Source: Octopus bimaculoides
Taxonomy: Eukaryota
Reading direction: 5' to 3'
Assembly: GCF_001194135.2 (NCBI RefSeq)
Contig: NC_068989.1
Coordinates: forward strand, 72,034,113 to 72,098,112
Length of the DNA: 64,000 nucleotides
Numbering within the stretch: position 1 is the stretch's first letter; each line of letters opens with the position of its first letter. The position numbers and the translations under genes were made by a program. The notes beneath the pieces are model-generated. The model was not told the origin of the DNA. It ran no database searches and saw only the letters and a list, made by a program, of their open reading frames with translations. Shown here piece by piece: positions 13,028-26,996 of this stretch.

Positions 13028-16000
13028 TCATCTATATGTTATGCAAGTAAAGTTTCTTAATTTCACAAAGAAATATTCAACATATCCTCTTCTAAAGACA
13101 ATTAACTATTTTGCTCTCTTGTTCATGTGCAAAATGCAATGATATTCAGTAGAAATAAAACACACATAACTAAAAGTCCTGGCAACTATATAAAACACTA
13201 TGAAAATATCAAACTCTGTTCTGAAATTTTAAGGACAGAGGTAGTGGTATGCATAATAAAAACATAGCAAACATTTTATGAAAGGTTAAATCAAAATTAT
13301 TTCGTACTCATCTGAAATTAAGCAATGAAAAAGAATTGTTAATTACCACATATATTAATATATTTTGAGCTTATTCTGGCATTTTTTTCAACTGAGAAAT
13401 ATTCTATTATGACACAATTTGAAATGAAGTTGACATTTGTCATTTTTATTCTAAATTCCAGCCAGTGTGCAGACATGCATTTTAGGGGAGAGTAACAAAC
13501 CTCTTCTATCTAAAGCAGTAGACAGAAAAACTAGTTAAGTCCTGAATGAGAACAGCTAGTTGTACAAGGGATGGAGAAATAAAAAAACTCAAGAGGAGAC
13601 TATAAAATGGACAAGAGATAATAAAGACCATAGAACAGAATAGAAGAATGTACATCAATGACACTTGATCTATTTCTGTAATCTTTATGGGTCAAAGCAA
13701 TCAACAGAATGGTTAAATTCTCTAGCAGAGAACTTACGAGCTGCTTGCAGAATACAAGAGTTTGTTGTTGTTGCTATGGTGTCTTGTCAGCTGTGTTTAA
13801 ATAGATATATAACACAGAGACAGGTAGTTGAATGCTTTGAAAGCATTCATAAATCCCAGCATCCACGACATAGATATTAACATGAACTTCCTTCCTCTCA
13901 TCAATGTTTTAGATGCAACCACTCCGCCTTTATCATTATGACTCCTAAAATAAATCATGGTCCCTATTTTAAAAGGAATACAGTCTTTGTTGAGGGATCT
14001 ATGGCTGTATACTGTATGCACTACTAATGATGGAATCTTTATGTAGTTGTTCAAACTACTAGAAATAGCAAACAAATTGTATCTATCTTAAAAAAAGAAC
14101 AAAAAGAATCACCACTAACTGAAAATGAAAATAAATAGGATGGTCATGGCTGGAATGGTGACTTATGACTAAACAACAATAATATTGAAACTCTCTTAGC
14201 AGATTGCAAAACTTAGGAAGAATTTGGAGTTGGGGATGGTTATGATAATGAAGCTCTTTTACAAGAAAAGGTAAACCATTTCATTAATTAAAATAAATTT
14301 TCAATATTATAGGCACAGGAATGGCTGTGTGGTGAAGAAGCTTGCTTTGCAACCACATGGTTCCAGGTTCAGTTCCACAAAGTGGCACCTTGAGCAAATG
14401 TCCTCTAATACTGACCAATACCTTGTGACTGAATCTGATAAATGGAAACTATGTGGAAACCCATTATATACATGTTTATGTGTGTGTTTCCATCTGTTTT
14501 TCACTACTGCTTGATAACAGGTGTTCATTTATTATTTATGTTCTTGTAATGTAGCGGTTTAGCAAAAGAGATTGATAAAATAAGTAGCAGACTTAAAAAA
14601 TAAGTACTAGGGTTGATTTGTTCAACAAAACACTTCAAGGCAGTGCACCAGCATGACCACAGTCCAAATGACTGAACCATATAAAAGATAAAATACTGAA
14701 ATCTACCTTAAGAAGTAATTCATATTAATTTTACATGGAATTAAAATTTTGACTTCTTTAAATTTTCTATGACTGGCTTAAGTCATTGGACAACAGCCAT
14801 GCTGGGCCCCACTGTCAAGGGTTTAAGTGGATTACACTGACCCCAGTAGTTTTTATGGTACTGGTTTCATTGAAGCTCTTAAGATATGAAATACAAAGTA
14901 GACATTGGCATAAAAGGAGCCAATCTGATCAGACAAAAATACTTGCGTATTTTTGTTAGAACATAACGGGTTTTGTAACTTCTGTACTGAAAACAATGTC
15001 TCTCTCTCTTTCTCCCCCTCATATACATAACACACACACATACATATGCAGGTACACATGTACATATATGTGTACATATACATACATACAAATACATACT
15101 TATTCATATATACATGCACACATTCACACAAATTATGTATAAATGAACTTTGGCCACTTTTGTCACACAATGGATGGGCCACTTTGAGGTTATGGTAGAA
15201 GACACTTGCCTCAAAGTACTGCATTGTGGGATTGAACCAGGAACCAAGCAGTTAGAAATACTAAAGACAGCCATGCCTGCATACATAAATAAATCTTACA
15301 GAGACTACTCTCACAGCAAACAAGCCTTTCCCTCTTCCTGCCTGTAGCTTGTACTGAATATTATAAAACAAATCATATATGAAAAGGGTATTTTCTGCCA
15401 GCTGGAAGCAAAAATCAGAGCAAAATTAAGATTAATCAAAAAATCAAATAAAATATAATTTCTCAACAGAAATTCAGACTCTAGAAAGAATAGAAGGAAA
15501 ATATTGTAATATCCAATTTTCACCTTTTGTTTCAGATCATTCGTTCTAGATTCAAATAAATGTTCTAACTTCTGGGTATCTATTTTGACTGGCGCTAATT
15601 TGTTCCAAATTGTCTCTCCTTTGGTAACAGGGTGTGGAGGCACATTGCCTTGCAATGGTCTCCAGTGAAGCTTCAAGGTCTTTTTGTTTTTCTTAATGCT
15701 TGGAGGAGGTGGGGAAGGAGCTAGAAGTGCTGAAGGTGGCATTGGGATGCCAGGTCTTCCAAAGGGGGGTGGTGGAGGTGGAGCTCCAGGTATAGGAGGC
15801 GGGGGTGGTGGCCCATGACCACCAGGAGGTGGGGGTGGCGGCGGGGGCCCGCCGGGTGGCGGTGGAGGTGGTGGGGGTAACCCTCCAGGTGGTGGTGGAG
15901 GTGGAGGAACAGCACCGAAACCAGGCATGGGAGTAGCGAATATGTCAGTGTCATCGTCAGGATGTAGGTCAGTGAAGTCCATGTTTTTAATCTTCAAGGG

Positions 16001-19000
16001 ACGACTGAGTCGCTTACTAATCTTCTCCCATTCTAGATCACCTTCAGATTTCTTAACTTCAGCTTTTGGAACATCTTTCGGTGGTTCTTGTAGTTTTGCC
16101 ATTGACTTTTGGTTCAAATCCTCCTTCATTTTACTAATAAACCCACTCACATCACCCTGGGGTGCTGTAACCTCAATTGATGGTTTCGCTTCACCTGTCT
16201 TCACTTGGAATCGATCCCGAATACTATTTATGGCTTTCTCCTGCTCTGGTTCAGGTTCTGCAGGCTTCTTGTGAACTGTAGCCCATTGTTTGTTCGGCAT
16301 TTCAGGAACATCTTGTTTCTCTGGACGCTCTTCAGCTTGGATATTGATAGAGTTTCTCCAAGTTTCTGGATCAATCTCTTCCTCTGCATTTGGAGTAAAA
16401 CCACCCATTTTCGACTCACGCCATTTTTGTAAAGGTGACAAATTTTCTTTCTTGTCTTGCTCAATAAAAGAGTTCACTGAAAAATAGAAAAAGAAAAAAA
16501 TATAAAAAACATAAAGCATATGGAAATTAGATAGCATTCACAAAATAATCAAACTTCAAATATCTTTTGCAAAACTGTATAAAATTCTTTTGTGAAAATT
16601 AAATTTATTCCCTCATATTCCTAGAAAATCTTCCAAATTATAAATATATAAATACTAAGTCATGAAACCATAAAAAAATCCATTGTGGCGTTTTACTGAA
16701 GGAAACTTCACATTCTCACTAACTTCACAGTTAGATTTAGCAGTCAAATAGTTTATTGTATCTTAATTTTTAAGCATACAACTTTCCACTTAAGGAGAAG
16801 AAAAAATTTAGATAGAATGTTTTATGGCATCTAAGTGATGGTTTGTCATTGGTATAATTTTATGATAAATTGGTACAGTAATATAATCATAATAAAACAA
16901 ATTTCCTTTATCACCAAAAATCAAAACTGTAGTTATTTATTTAAATTGTAGGGAAAAATTGGATAAACTTATTAAATAGTTTACATTGTGTAAATATTTT
17001 TAAATTTAAATGCTAATTCTCATAGTTTTTATCTGATTTATAAGTTATGTCCTTGGCTTATTTCCAGGTAAATTTTTAGTATCTCCCTTCAACATTCCTT
17101 TTTGCTTGCTCAATACTCATTTTCAAACTTGAGTATTTTCTGCAACACTACTTTATAAGATATATGTAAAACTGGAGACATGACTGTGTTTCATAAAAAG
17201 ATAGAACATATAAAGCTTCAGGAAGTCTCCTCCAAAGGGTAGAAAATAAAGATTTGGTGTCAGTTTATTGAAATACATTGATCAAAAATTGCTGCTTGAA
17301 AAAAACTAATGGAAGTAAAAGTTGATTCAATATATGGAAAATAGGTTAAAGGAAAAGGTTAAAGTATATTTATTATAATAAAATTTTGTTTTATTAAAAT
17401 ATTTATGCAACATACATTCTCACATTTTGGGTGCCTGCATGAAAATATGTGTGTCTGTCCGGTTTATATGTATAGTGTAAAAACATCAGTTTTTCTACTG
17501 TAAACATAAACACGACAGACACATGCACTTATATATAAACTAATTTTTTAAAACACTTTAATAAAACATATCAATGTAACCATATAACCTGATTTTAATA
17601 TTTGCTACAATTTGACTAATTGTTGGTTCAAGCAACTATTACTTCTATCAATTGCTTTTGTCAGTTATTTGTTTGAGTGAGCATGTCACATCAAACATTC
17701 GCATTTCAAAAATAAATACCTACACTTCCAATTTAAGCAACATAATGCTTGTCTGTCACACAATATAAGAGAGCATGTTTTGATTTCACTCTGACAAAGT
17801 GCTACTCCAACATAATCAACCACAGATACTATATAATTTTTCACATCATGAAATCATTTACATGCAATGATGTTAGAAATATAGTGGTACAGAAACAATT
17901 GCACCTAACAATAAAGATGTGCTACATTCACTTTTCATCTTCTTAATTGTATCATGTATCTATCTCTCTCTATATATATTACACTAATTCATGCAAAGAG
18001 ATAAACCACCATCAATCTTCTTGAATTTCAGTGATTACCCAGTGATTTAGGATGATTAGAGGATAGTAACAAAAGAAAACTTAAGCCTGTGATTATGAAA
18101 TTTACTTTCATAAGTTTCATATTTTATATAATGAATTCAATCTATTAAACTACAAAATGTTAATAAATTTACACAGATTTGTTTTCGATGTTAATACACA
18201 ATGTTCCAAGCATTCTATTTGCTTTCATGCAGAGAAAGAATAAAGGAAATACACAGAAATAATATTTACCAACAGAATATAAAATACCAAAACATAGTTG
18301 ATAAGTATGCATTAAAATGAATGATTCCTTTGATGTACTTCCTATCAAATTCATATTGCCACAATATGATTTAAAATGCTGTGAATGCAATAACTTGATA
18401 TGTATGCTATATTCTTTCATTTGTTCTAAGCCTCATATGATCAAAATAGTTTTTAATAGTTAAATGATAAACTAGCAAAAACTGAAGTTAACTACTTTTT
18501 TACCTTCCAATTTGATGGAAAAAATATGAAATTTAAGCCAATAATCATACATTTTGTTAATTAATCATTAATGATAAATAATTCTCTAGCAATGTTGAGC
18601 AATGTAAAATAAAAGACATAATAGCTTTTATATTTCTATAATAATAAACACAAAATTCTGTCAGTCCATCTGAGACCTCTGGTTCAAGAAAGTTGGTTAA
18701 AATTGATGGTAACTTGAACAGTGCTAAATACATCCAATTACTGAAGGTCAATTTGATACCAGACTTGAATGAAGGTGAGATTTTTCAGCATAACAGAGCT
18801 CCATGCCACAGACTGCACACAACACAGCAAAGTTTGGCTGATGAAGGTGTTACCATATTGAAAGATTGGCTAGCTCACAACCTTGACTTAAATATCATTG
18901 AGCAAATGTGGACAAAATTGAAGAATCCATGCAATCTTGAAGAGTTGTGGGAGCTCGGCCACAGTGAATCGCTTCTCATACCTGTGAAGATGGTGAAGGA

Positions 19001-22000
19001 TTTGTATGCATCTTTTCTCAGGCGCATTGAAGTGATTATTCAAGCAAAGGGAAGCCACACGAAATATTAACAATATTACATAGTGTTCTTGAAATGAACA
19101 CTATGTAATAAATTTTCATTATAGACATTTTTCTCTTTTAAAACACTGTATCTTGACTGGTTAATGTAAGGTGGCCGAAAACCTTCCCCTCTTATTCAGA
19201 ACCCTTACTACAAAATATAAGGATTAGGTATGGATATGACTCTAACAGGGCCAATGTTTCATTTTGTAAAGAACGCAATGCAAAACATCTACTTATAAGT
19301 TGACAATTAGTAGAAATTTACAATAGTTTAAAGTGGCCGAAGACTTTTGCTCAGTACTGTACCAGTCAAGTACTTGGGTTGGTGTAATCAGCTTGCCCCT
19401 TCCCCACAAGACTACTAGCCTTGTGCCAAAACTTGAAACGATTATTAGCAACAATATGGACTTGGGAAACTGCAGTATAGGCAACCCATTCAAGAAAGCG
19501 GTAACTCTGAATAATATCGGATACAGAGTAGAAGGGGACAGTTTAGTCCTGCTACAAACAACCATTCTAGTGGTGATGGTGATAGTGAAAGGGGGGGGGG
19601 TGACACAAGGATAAAATATACTCAGATTGTGATCAGATGCACTGAGACCTGTCCAACCCACATCAATACCAAAACACAGACGTATAATGACAATGATGAT
19701 AGTTGTCATTCACAATGAATAAATAGTATATTGTGGAGGAGCTACTCTGTCTTGACACAAACTCCCACCTCTTTCTTGCAGTGATTTGCTTCACTTTTGT
19801 CTTCTATATTAGTCCATTTCCTTTAGTCTTATTACAATATAAATAGTTTTTCTAAGTAGCAATTTCCATGTGTTTCAAGTATATATAACTCTGTGTGGCT
19901 GGTTGGTTGGTTGGTATCTGACATAATGACTAAATTCTTGTTTTAAGAAATAGGCTATATTATTATTAGTAGTAGTAGTAGGAAACATAAAATATTTAAA
20001 ATGAGATAGGTAAGTAAGTAGTAAAGTATTATAAAAAAACATTTTTTTAAAATTAATTACTGAAAAATGCTCTCTAACTTGAAATTGAGGAGGCTCTCAA
20101 TGAATACAGATTAAACTTATTCAGGTACATCTTTTTAATTGTTAACTAGGGACCACTAGAAACTAAAATAATATCTGTGCAACTATAATGTATTTATTAT
20201 AATGGCATAATATCAACTATACTCACTGCTTTCAACATAATAGTAATAATGGTGCAATCAAGTAAAAAAAAAGCTAACATTCTGGTGCAAAAAGTTAATA
20301 TAATTTTACAGAAAATGACATATAATCAAATAAATGATAGTTTATATATAAATGTGTGTGGTTGTATAAAACAGACTGGGTTAAACTATGCAGACTACTA
20401 ATGGATATATGACAATTAAAAAAAATGCATATTTATCCGTAAATATATATATATACATAAATAAATAACAACACTGTTAATCTTTAATTAGTTGCAGGCA
20501 AAGGCAGTTGGTACGGTATAAGCATACTGATATCTTACCATCCACACACTGGGGATTACTAAGGTTATTTTGAGACACTGATCGATCACTGCTCGTCTCC
20601 TCACATGGTGGTGAGGGAGCAGAAGTGGAAAATTTACGAATTAAGGAATTTAGCCATGTTTTGGCAGGAGTGTCTTTCTTTACTTCTTGTTCTTTTATAA
20701 GAGAGCGCTGATGCTGTCTTCGCTCTTGCCGTTTTTGCTGCGCATTGAGATCTGCATATCAAACAGTAGGCACGTAGAGTTAGCAGTAAAAGCACACACA
20801 AACACAAACGCAAACAGTAAACAATTCAGATAGTTAGCTGAGAGTTGTGTTATTCAAATTTATACACATACATACACACACATTTAAAAAAAAAAAAAGA
20901 CATGAAAAAAAAAAAGCAAATGAAAATAACCTCCCTACCAAACTCCATTTCCAAGAAGTCAATTCGAGAATAATATGAAGAAAATATCGTTGACATTTAC
21001 TGACCTTTTTGCAAAATAAATGTAATCTGTAACCACCAACCTTTTAATTTAGATTAACCCTTTTAATACCAGTCCACCCATGACTACCTCTGATTCTATG
21101 ACACAACCTTCCTGTTTAAAGTGATCTAGATTATAAAACATTCCATCAACATTTTGTGACAATTTATGTTCCAAACATCAGCTCAATAATGACAGTTATT
21201 TATTGAGTTCTTCATTATTTTCAAAATTAATTTAAATAAAGGCAGAGTATTTCGACAAGAATATGTTAACAAAACAGTTAAGTTATCGGTACAAGGTTTA
21301 AAATTAAGGGTTTATAAATTACTTATTTTCACCTTGATCCCCATTAGGACTAATATTTTCCCTTTAGGAACTAGAGATCACATTACTTCTGAGATAGCAT
21401 CATTCACTGACATAAGAAGAAAAGCAAATCCAAGCCTTTGCATACTCCCCACTATATATATATATAAAACCCATAGCTTTGTTAATAATTGTTTATTAGA
21501 ATCAGCTTCATAATAATGCTTTTAATTTCTAAAGCTCATAATTATAATACATGAGATAGATCAGACATTTAAAAGATCACAGTATAACTATTTTTTAATA
21601 ATATGAAATACTATTCCTAATATTAGCAGAGCTATTAACATAATATTTTCATAATATTATGCGAATAGCTTGGATATTTTAAAGAAAGATTGCTCGTAAA
21701 ATAACATGAGCCACTATAGAAGAATATTCTCATAACTGCCAGTTTACAGAAATGTTATGTGTGCTAAACAGAGGAAATTGAAAGGAAATTAGATGATAGA
21801 TGACGATTGTGATGTTTAGCTCCTAGGTCAGACCTAATAAAGCATGTCCTTAGACAGTGTCCATCCTTTTCTTGCTGCGATTTGAAAGTGATTTAGTTGC
21901 TATTTTTAGCATTGCATATAAACACATGCAAAGATATGCAATAATAATTGTATACCTTTGACCCCTGAAACTAATACACCTTGTACTTATGGCCAAAAGT

Positions 22001-25000
22001 ACTCATGTAGAATTAAGAAGACATATCAAAGTCATTCAATCAAGAACCAAACTAAAATCATAAATAGGTTTACTTTCCAAAAGTGTATATAGAGCAATTC
22101 CCACCTACTTAACATACTACTGAAATATATACTATTCTGACTTCTCAGTTTCTCAGATTATATTTCTAATCCGTTTTAATTGTTCACACGTTTTTTTTTT
22201 TAGTCACAAGTAGTAATAGCACAAAGAAAAGCGAAAATCAATCAAGACCAGTAATAGTCAACAACATAAATTAAAATGTTAATTTCACACTTAGAATTCA
22301 AAGACATATTTGACAGCTATCAAATATGTCTTTAAAACAGAGACACCAACAGGGACTGAAATTAAACTCTAAGACAAAGACACACTTTCGATGCTAACAT
22401 AATAAACATATCAGTAAATGCAATAAGAAATATGTAAAGCTCAATGAAAAGAATCTGCTTCCAACACATGCGCTCCAACAGGAGAAAGATTTGATTAAAA
22501 TTATTTCTACTTGGCTTAGTTTTGTTTATGGTGGCAGATTGCTAAGCCCTCACTTTTTTTAAGGTCTGATTATGACCAAATGTTGGATAACAGTGAAATT
22601 TCTATTACACAATAATTTATATGAATATAATATTTATATGAATATCAATGTATTTAATTAAGTAAATGTATGTCATTTTTTACATAGTTAACCACAAAGG
22701 ATTTGATATGAAAATTGAATCATTAATATGGACATATTTTCAAGTCAAATGGAGTCAATAATATGGACATGTTATCAAATCAGATTGGGATAACTCAGAC
22801 TGTTAATCAGAATAGCAGACAGATTTCACTAAAATGCCTGCTGTTCAGGTTGAGTAGTACCAGTCAAGTCTATTTGGATAGACTTATCAGCACAGAAGTT
22901 GCTAGGTTCAAGTTCACATACAAGATGTGTTTCAAATCGGTCTGACATCACTAATCAATGAGTAATTGTGGGGTAAGCATGTCAAGTGGCATTCTGTTTT
23001 ATATTGTGGATGCTATCCTAAGAATTTATGACTAGTTTTAGTCTCATCTATGAAGATGTAAAGAAAATTATTCAGCTGAACAAACTTTATAGATGTTCTT
23101 GTTGGTAAAACATCATAAAATTTGCAAATGGAACCAAACAACAAGAATTTGTGCAAAATTGCCTCACTGCAGAGAGGAAAGAATAATATATCATTAACCC
23201 TTGTAATACCAATCTGCCAGAGACAACCTATTTCTATGACACAAACTTCCCGTTTTAAAGTGATTTATATTAAGATGTTCTGTTAAAATTTCATATTTAT
23301 AAAGACAAAGTTATTTTACTAAATTCTTCATGATTTTAAAAATTAATTGAAAGAAAGGCAGTGTATTTCAGATGAAACATGGTACTGAATTCGGAAAAGG
23401 AGAACCAATAATTCTATATTGTTCATCCACTTTATACATCAAATAGTTGCTATGCTAACAAGAACAAATGTAGTCAGGAAATATCAATAGAAAAAGATAT
23501 TTCTGCAGTAAGAGGCCATATATTGTTTACCAATGAAAAATATTATAATTGAGGAAATCCCCACTCTCCTTTTGCATATTACAGAATACTAGCAGATTAA
23601 CTGATTAAGAGATATTCTTAAACAAAATTCTGTCCTAATACTTATAAAGTTCCATAAAGTTGCATTCTTTTTGCAAGAAGCAAGATTCATAATACATTGT
23701 GTTAAAAGCAAATAAAAGAAAATGCAATATTACAAAGAGAGTATATATTAGTTCTTATAAGCTGAACACACACATTTATATTTATATAAATATACACTAA
23801 CATACAAATCTTAAAGAATTTGCATTCCATATTTGTTGCTTGTATGTGAAGTAGTTAAGTACTGTAGATTAAAATTATAAACCAGCTCCTTGTTTTTTTC
23901 CCTTTTTTTTCTTTTCCTTTTTTGGTGATGATTAAAATAATTCAGAAAAAATACTCAGCCAATTAGAAAAAGAATTGCCATTCTTTGACACAACAACACT
24001 TACATATTGATGCTTTCTGTTCAACAGTCTGCCGTTTCTTCTGTTGGCTGTTTATCATTTCTTTCTCCTTCTGTTTCTTGTTTCGGTAAATAGAAACTAA
24101 GTCCTCATCAGGAGCATCTTCAGGTACAATACGGATGTTTCTGTGTTGGAAGACAAAAGTGATAAATTAGTAGGAGGAAAAAAAAAAAGAATCAGCATAA
24201 TCTAAGGCAGTGCTCCAGCATGGTCACAGTCAAATGACTGAAACAAGTCAAAGAAAGTAAAAGAATAACTTTAATTCCTTTAAATCAATAAAGTTGATCA
24301 ATCAGTTCATAGTGTATACAGTTTTTATCTTATTTTAAAATTTAAGAACAGATTAATTGAAATTATAGGTAAAAGTGATGGAAAAATCTGATGAGAAATA
24401 TCTACATTTTTCATGTTGCTTTGCATGTTACATGGTAACCTGACTAGTGCTGGTATCATGATAAAAAGCATCCAGTACACTCTGCAAAGTGGTTAGCATT
24501 CTATAGGATATCTAATCACAGAAACCATGCCAAAGCAGACAATGAAGTTTGACACAGATAACTTATTGGATCCTGTTGAACCATTTAACCCAAGCCAGCA
24601 CAGAAGACAGAAGTTAAATCATGGTGACCATAATAATAAATAAATCATTGCTTTGAAATGGACACCTGATTCATAGCTGATTGGTTTAAACCTGATCTTT
24701 TCTTGCAAGAATCAAGTTTGCTTGATAATAAAATGGTTCTACTATAGCTAAACTCCAGAGAATTTATTGGTCATGGTAAGGAATCTTAGCAAGATAATCT
24801 CATTGTATGAAGCTGGGTATTTTTGAGAAATTCTTGATCAAGCATTTACCACTGATATATATAATCAGTAAGGGAACGGGGCCTAGTGGTTAGGGTGTTG
24901 CACTCATGATTGTGAGACCTGGCAGTGCGTTGTGTTCTTCATCTCGAGTTGCTCTGCAATCACTTTCACATCTGACATGTGGCACGCCATGCATGCGTAC

Positions 25001-26869
25001 AAGTAACATTGATTGGACGAAGGGAGTGATCTAATGTGCAGCACAAACATTTAATAACAACAAACAAATCATCTCTGCAGGTTGTTTGTTCAGCAAGAAA
25101 CTGCAGAACCATCTTTCTCTCAGACTTGAGAGACTGACACTCCATCGGTTATGACAATGAGGGTTCCAGTTGATCTAATTCAATGGAACAGCCTGCTCAT
25201 GAAATTCACATGCAAATGGTTGAGCACTCCACTGACAAGTGTACCCTTAACATAGTCCTCAGGGAGATTCAGCATGACACAGAATGTGAGAAGGCTGGCC
25301 CTTTGAATTACAGGTACTACTCATTTTTGCCAGCTGAGTGGACGGGAGCAATATGAAATAAAGTGTCTTGCTCAAGGACACAATGCATCACCGGGCATTA
25401 AACTCATGACCTTATGATTGTGAACTGAATACCTTCAACCAATAAGTGGTGCACCTTCACTACTTGAGAGACTACCATTATATAATCAGCAGTAAATTTC
25501 TTTTATGCTTCAATGAAAGCCACAAAAAAATTGGTTGTATCTAATATTGAGTAATAAACATTATTGTCTTAGTTCTGTGCCAGATTCAATTCAATCATAT
25601 TAAAAACATTGAAGAAAATAATTACATCTACAGAGCAGTCTTCAGAACGCAGTATATTTAATTTGTACTCTTTATATATGTGCAGTTGAAACAAAATTTG
25701 AAATACTTACTGCATCTCTTTCATTTTCTTTTCCTTATACTCTTCAGCACCTTTCATTTTACTCAAAGTAGACTCAGGTGGGGCAAACCTTGGGCTCTTA
25801 TATTTTGCATATCTGCGGCTCTTTCGTTCTTCTTCACATGGAACTCTTGGTACAAGTCTAAATGTTCATATTGAAAAAAAAGCAAGTTAAAATTGATCCA
25901 GCAAAGACAATTTAATCTATAAGAAAAAGAAATTAAATAATTTTAAGGTTGTGTGACAGCATGGTTGTAACCTGATTGCTAGAACCAGTAAAAGGATATA
26001 ATAAATAAAACATCCTGGTTTGAAAGAAATGAAGTTGTACTAGTTATTTCACAAAGTTAACATTAAATGTTTGATCAATAACAAAAATCTTTTATTTTGA
26101 ACCTCCAAAACTGATTAATCCTAAGAATTTATTTTTCAATTCAGAAAGGTACGTTATTCATTATTCATTATGGATGGTTTAAAATTGAAGGTGAGCACAG
26201 AATAAATGAAACCAACACAAAGTAAATGAATATATAGAAATCCATGCTGGTATGGCTGTGTGGTGAAGAAGTTTGTTTCTCAACCACAAGGGTTTAGGTT
26301 CAGTTTCACTGCATGGCATCTTGGGCTAATGTCTTCATCTATAACCCTGGGCTAGCCAAAGCATTGTCAGTGGATTTGGTAGACGGAAACTAAAAGAAGC
26401 CTGTTGTACATATATATATGAATATATGTATTTGAGTCTATTTGTCTTGACATCACATAATAGTTGTAAACAAGTATCTATTGTGTTTAGTCTTTTATGG
26501 AAGTGTGTTACACAAAGGGGAAATATTGTCTTGCTTGGAAACAGGTGAGGGTTGGCAACAGGAAGGGCATTCTTCCATATAAAATCTGCCTCAACAAATC
26601 CAGCCTGATCCAAGCAAGCATGGAAAATTGGATGTCAAAACGATAATGAGGGCAATATGCATGCATTTGTTAAAATGTTTAAAATTACTCTTAATTTAGT
26701 CATGATTTTATAAAAGCTTATGAAGTGTTTAAAAAAAAGAAGAAAAAAGCACTAGTCACTTCACTTACCGAAGGCTTCCCATTTGGCTGATTTCAAAACC
26801 ATCATTGCCATCTTCATGTCGTAAAGCAATCTGTGAAAGTTAAATTCAAAATAAAATCTATCACTATAA

Positions 26870-26904
<35 letters not shown>

Positions 26905-26954
26905 NNNNNNNNNNNNNNNNNNNNNNNNNNNNNNNNNNNNNNNNNNNNNNNNNN

Positions 26955-26996
<42 letters not shown>

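Noticed and set aside
15700-15910. G-run-rich plus strand (G-quadruplex-like)
   Set aside because: Fully explained by the FH1 polyproline codons on the minus strand.
17424-17434. 11-nt exon-like segment catgcag|GCACCCAAAAT|gtgaga
   Set aside because: Not a multiple of 3 and no partner exon to restore frame.
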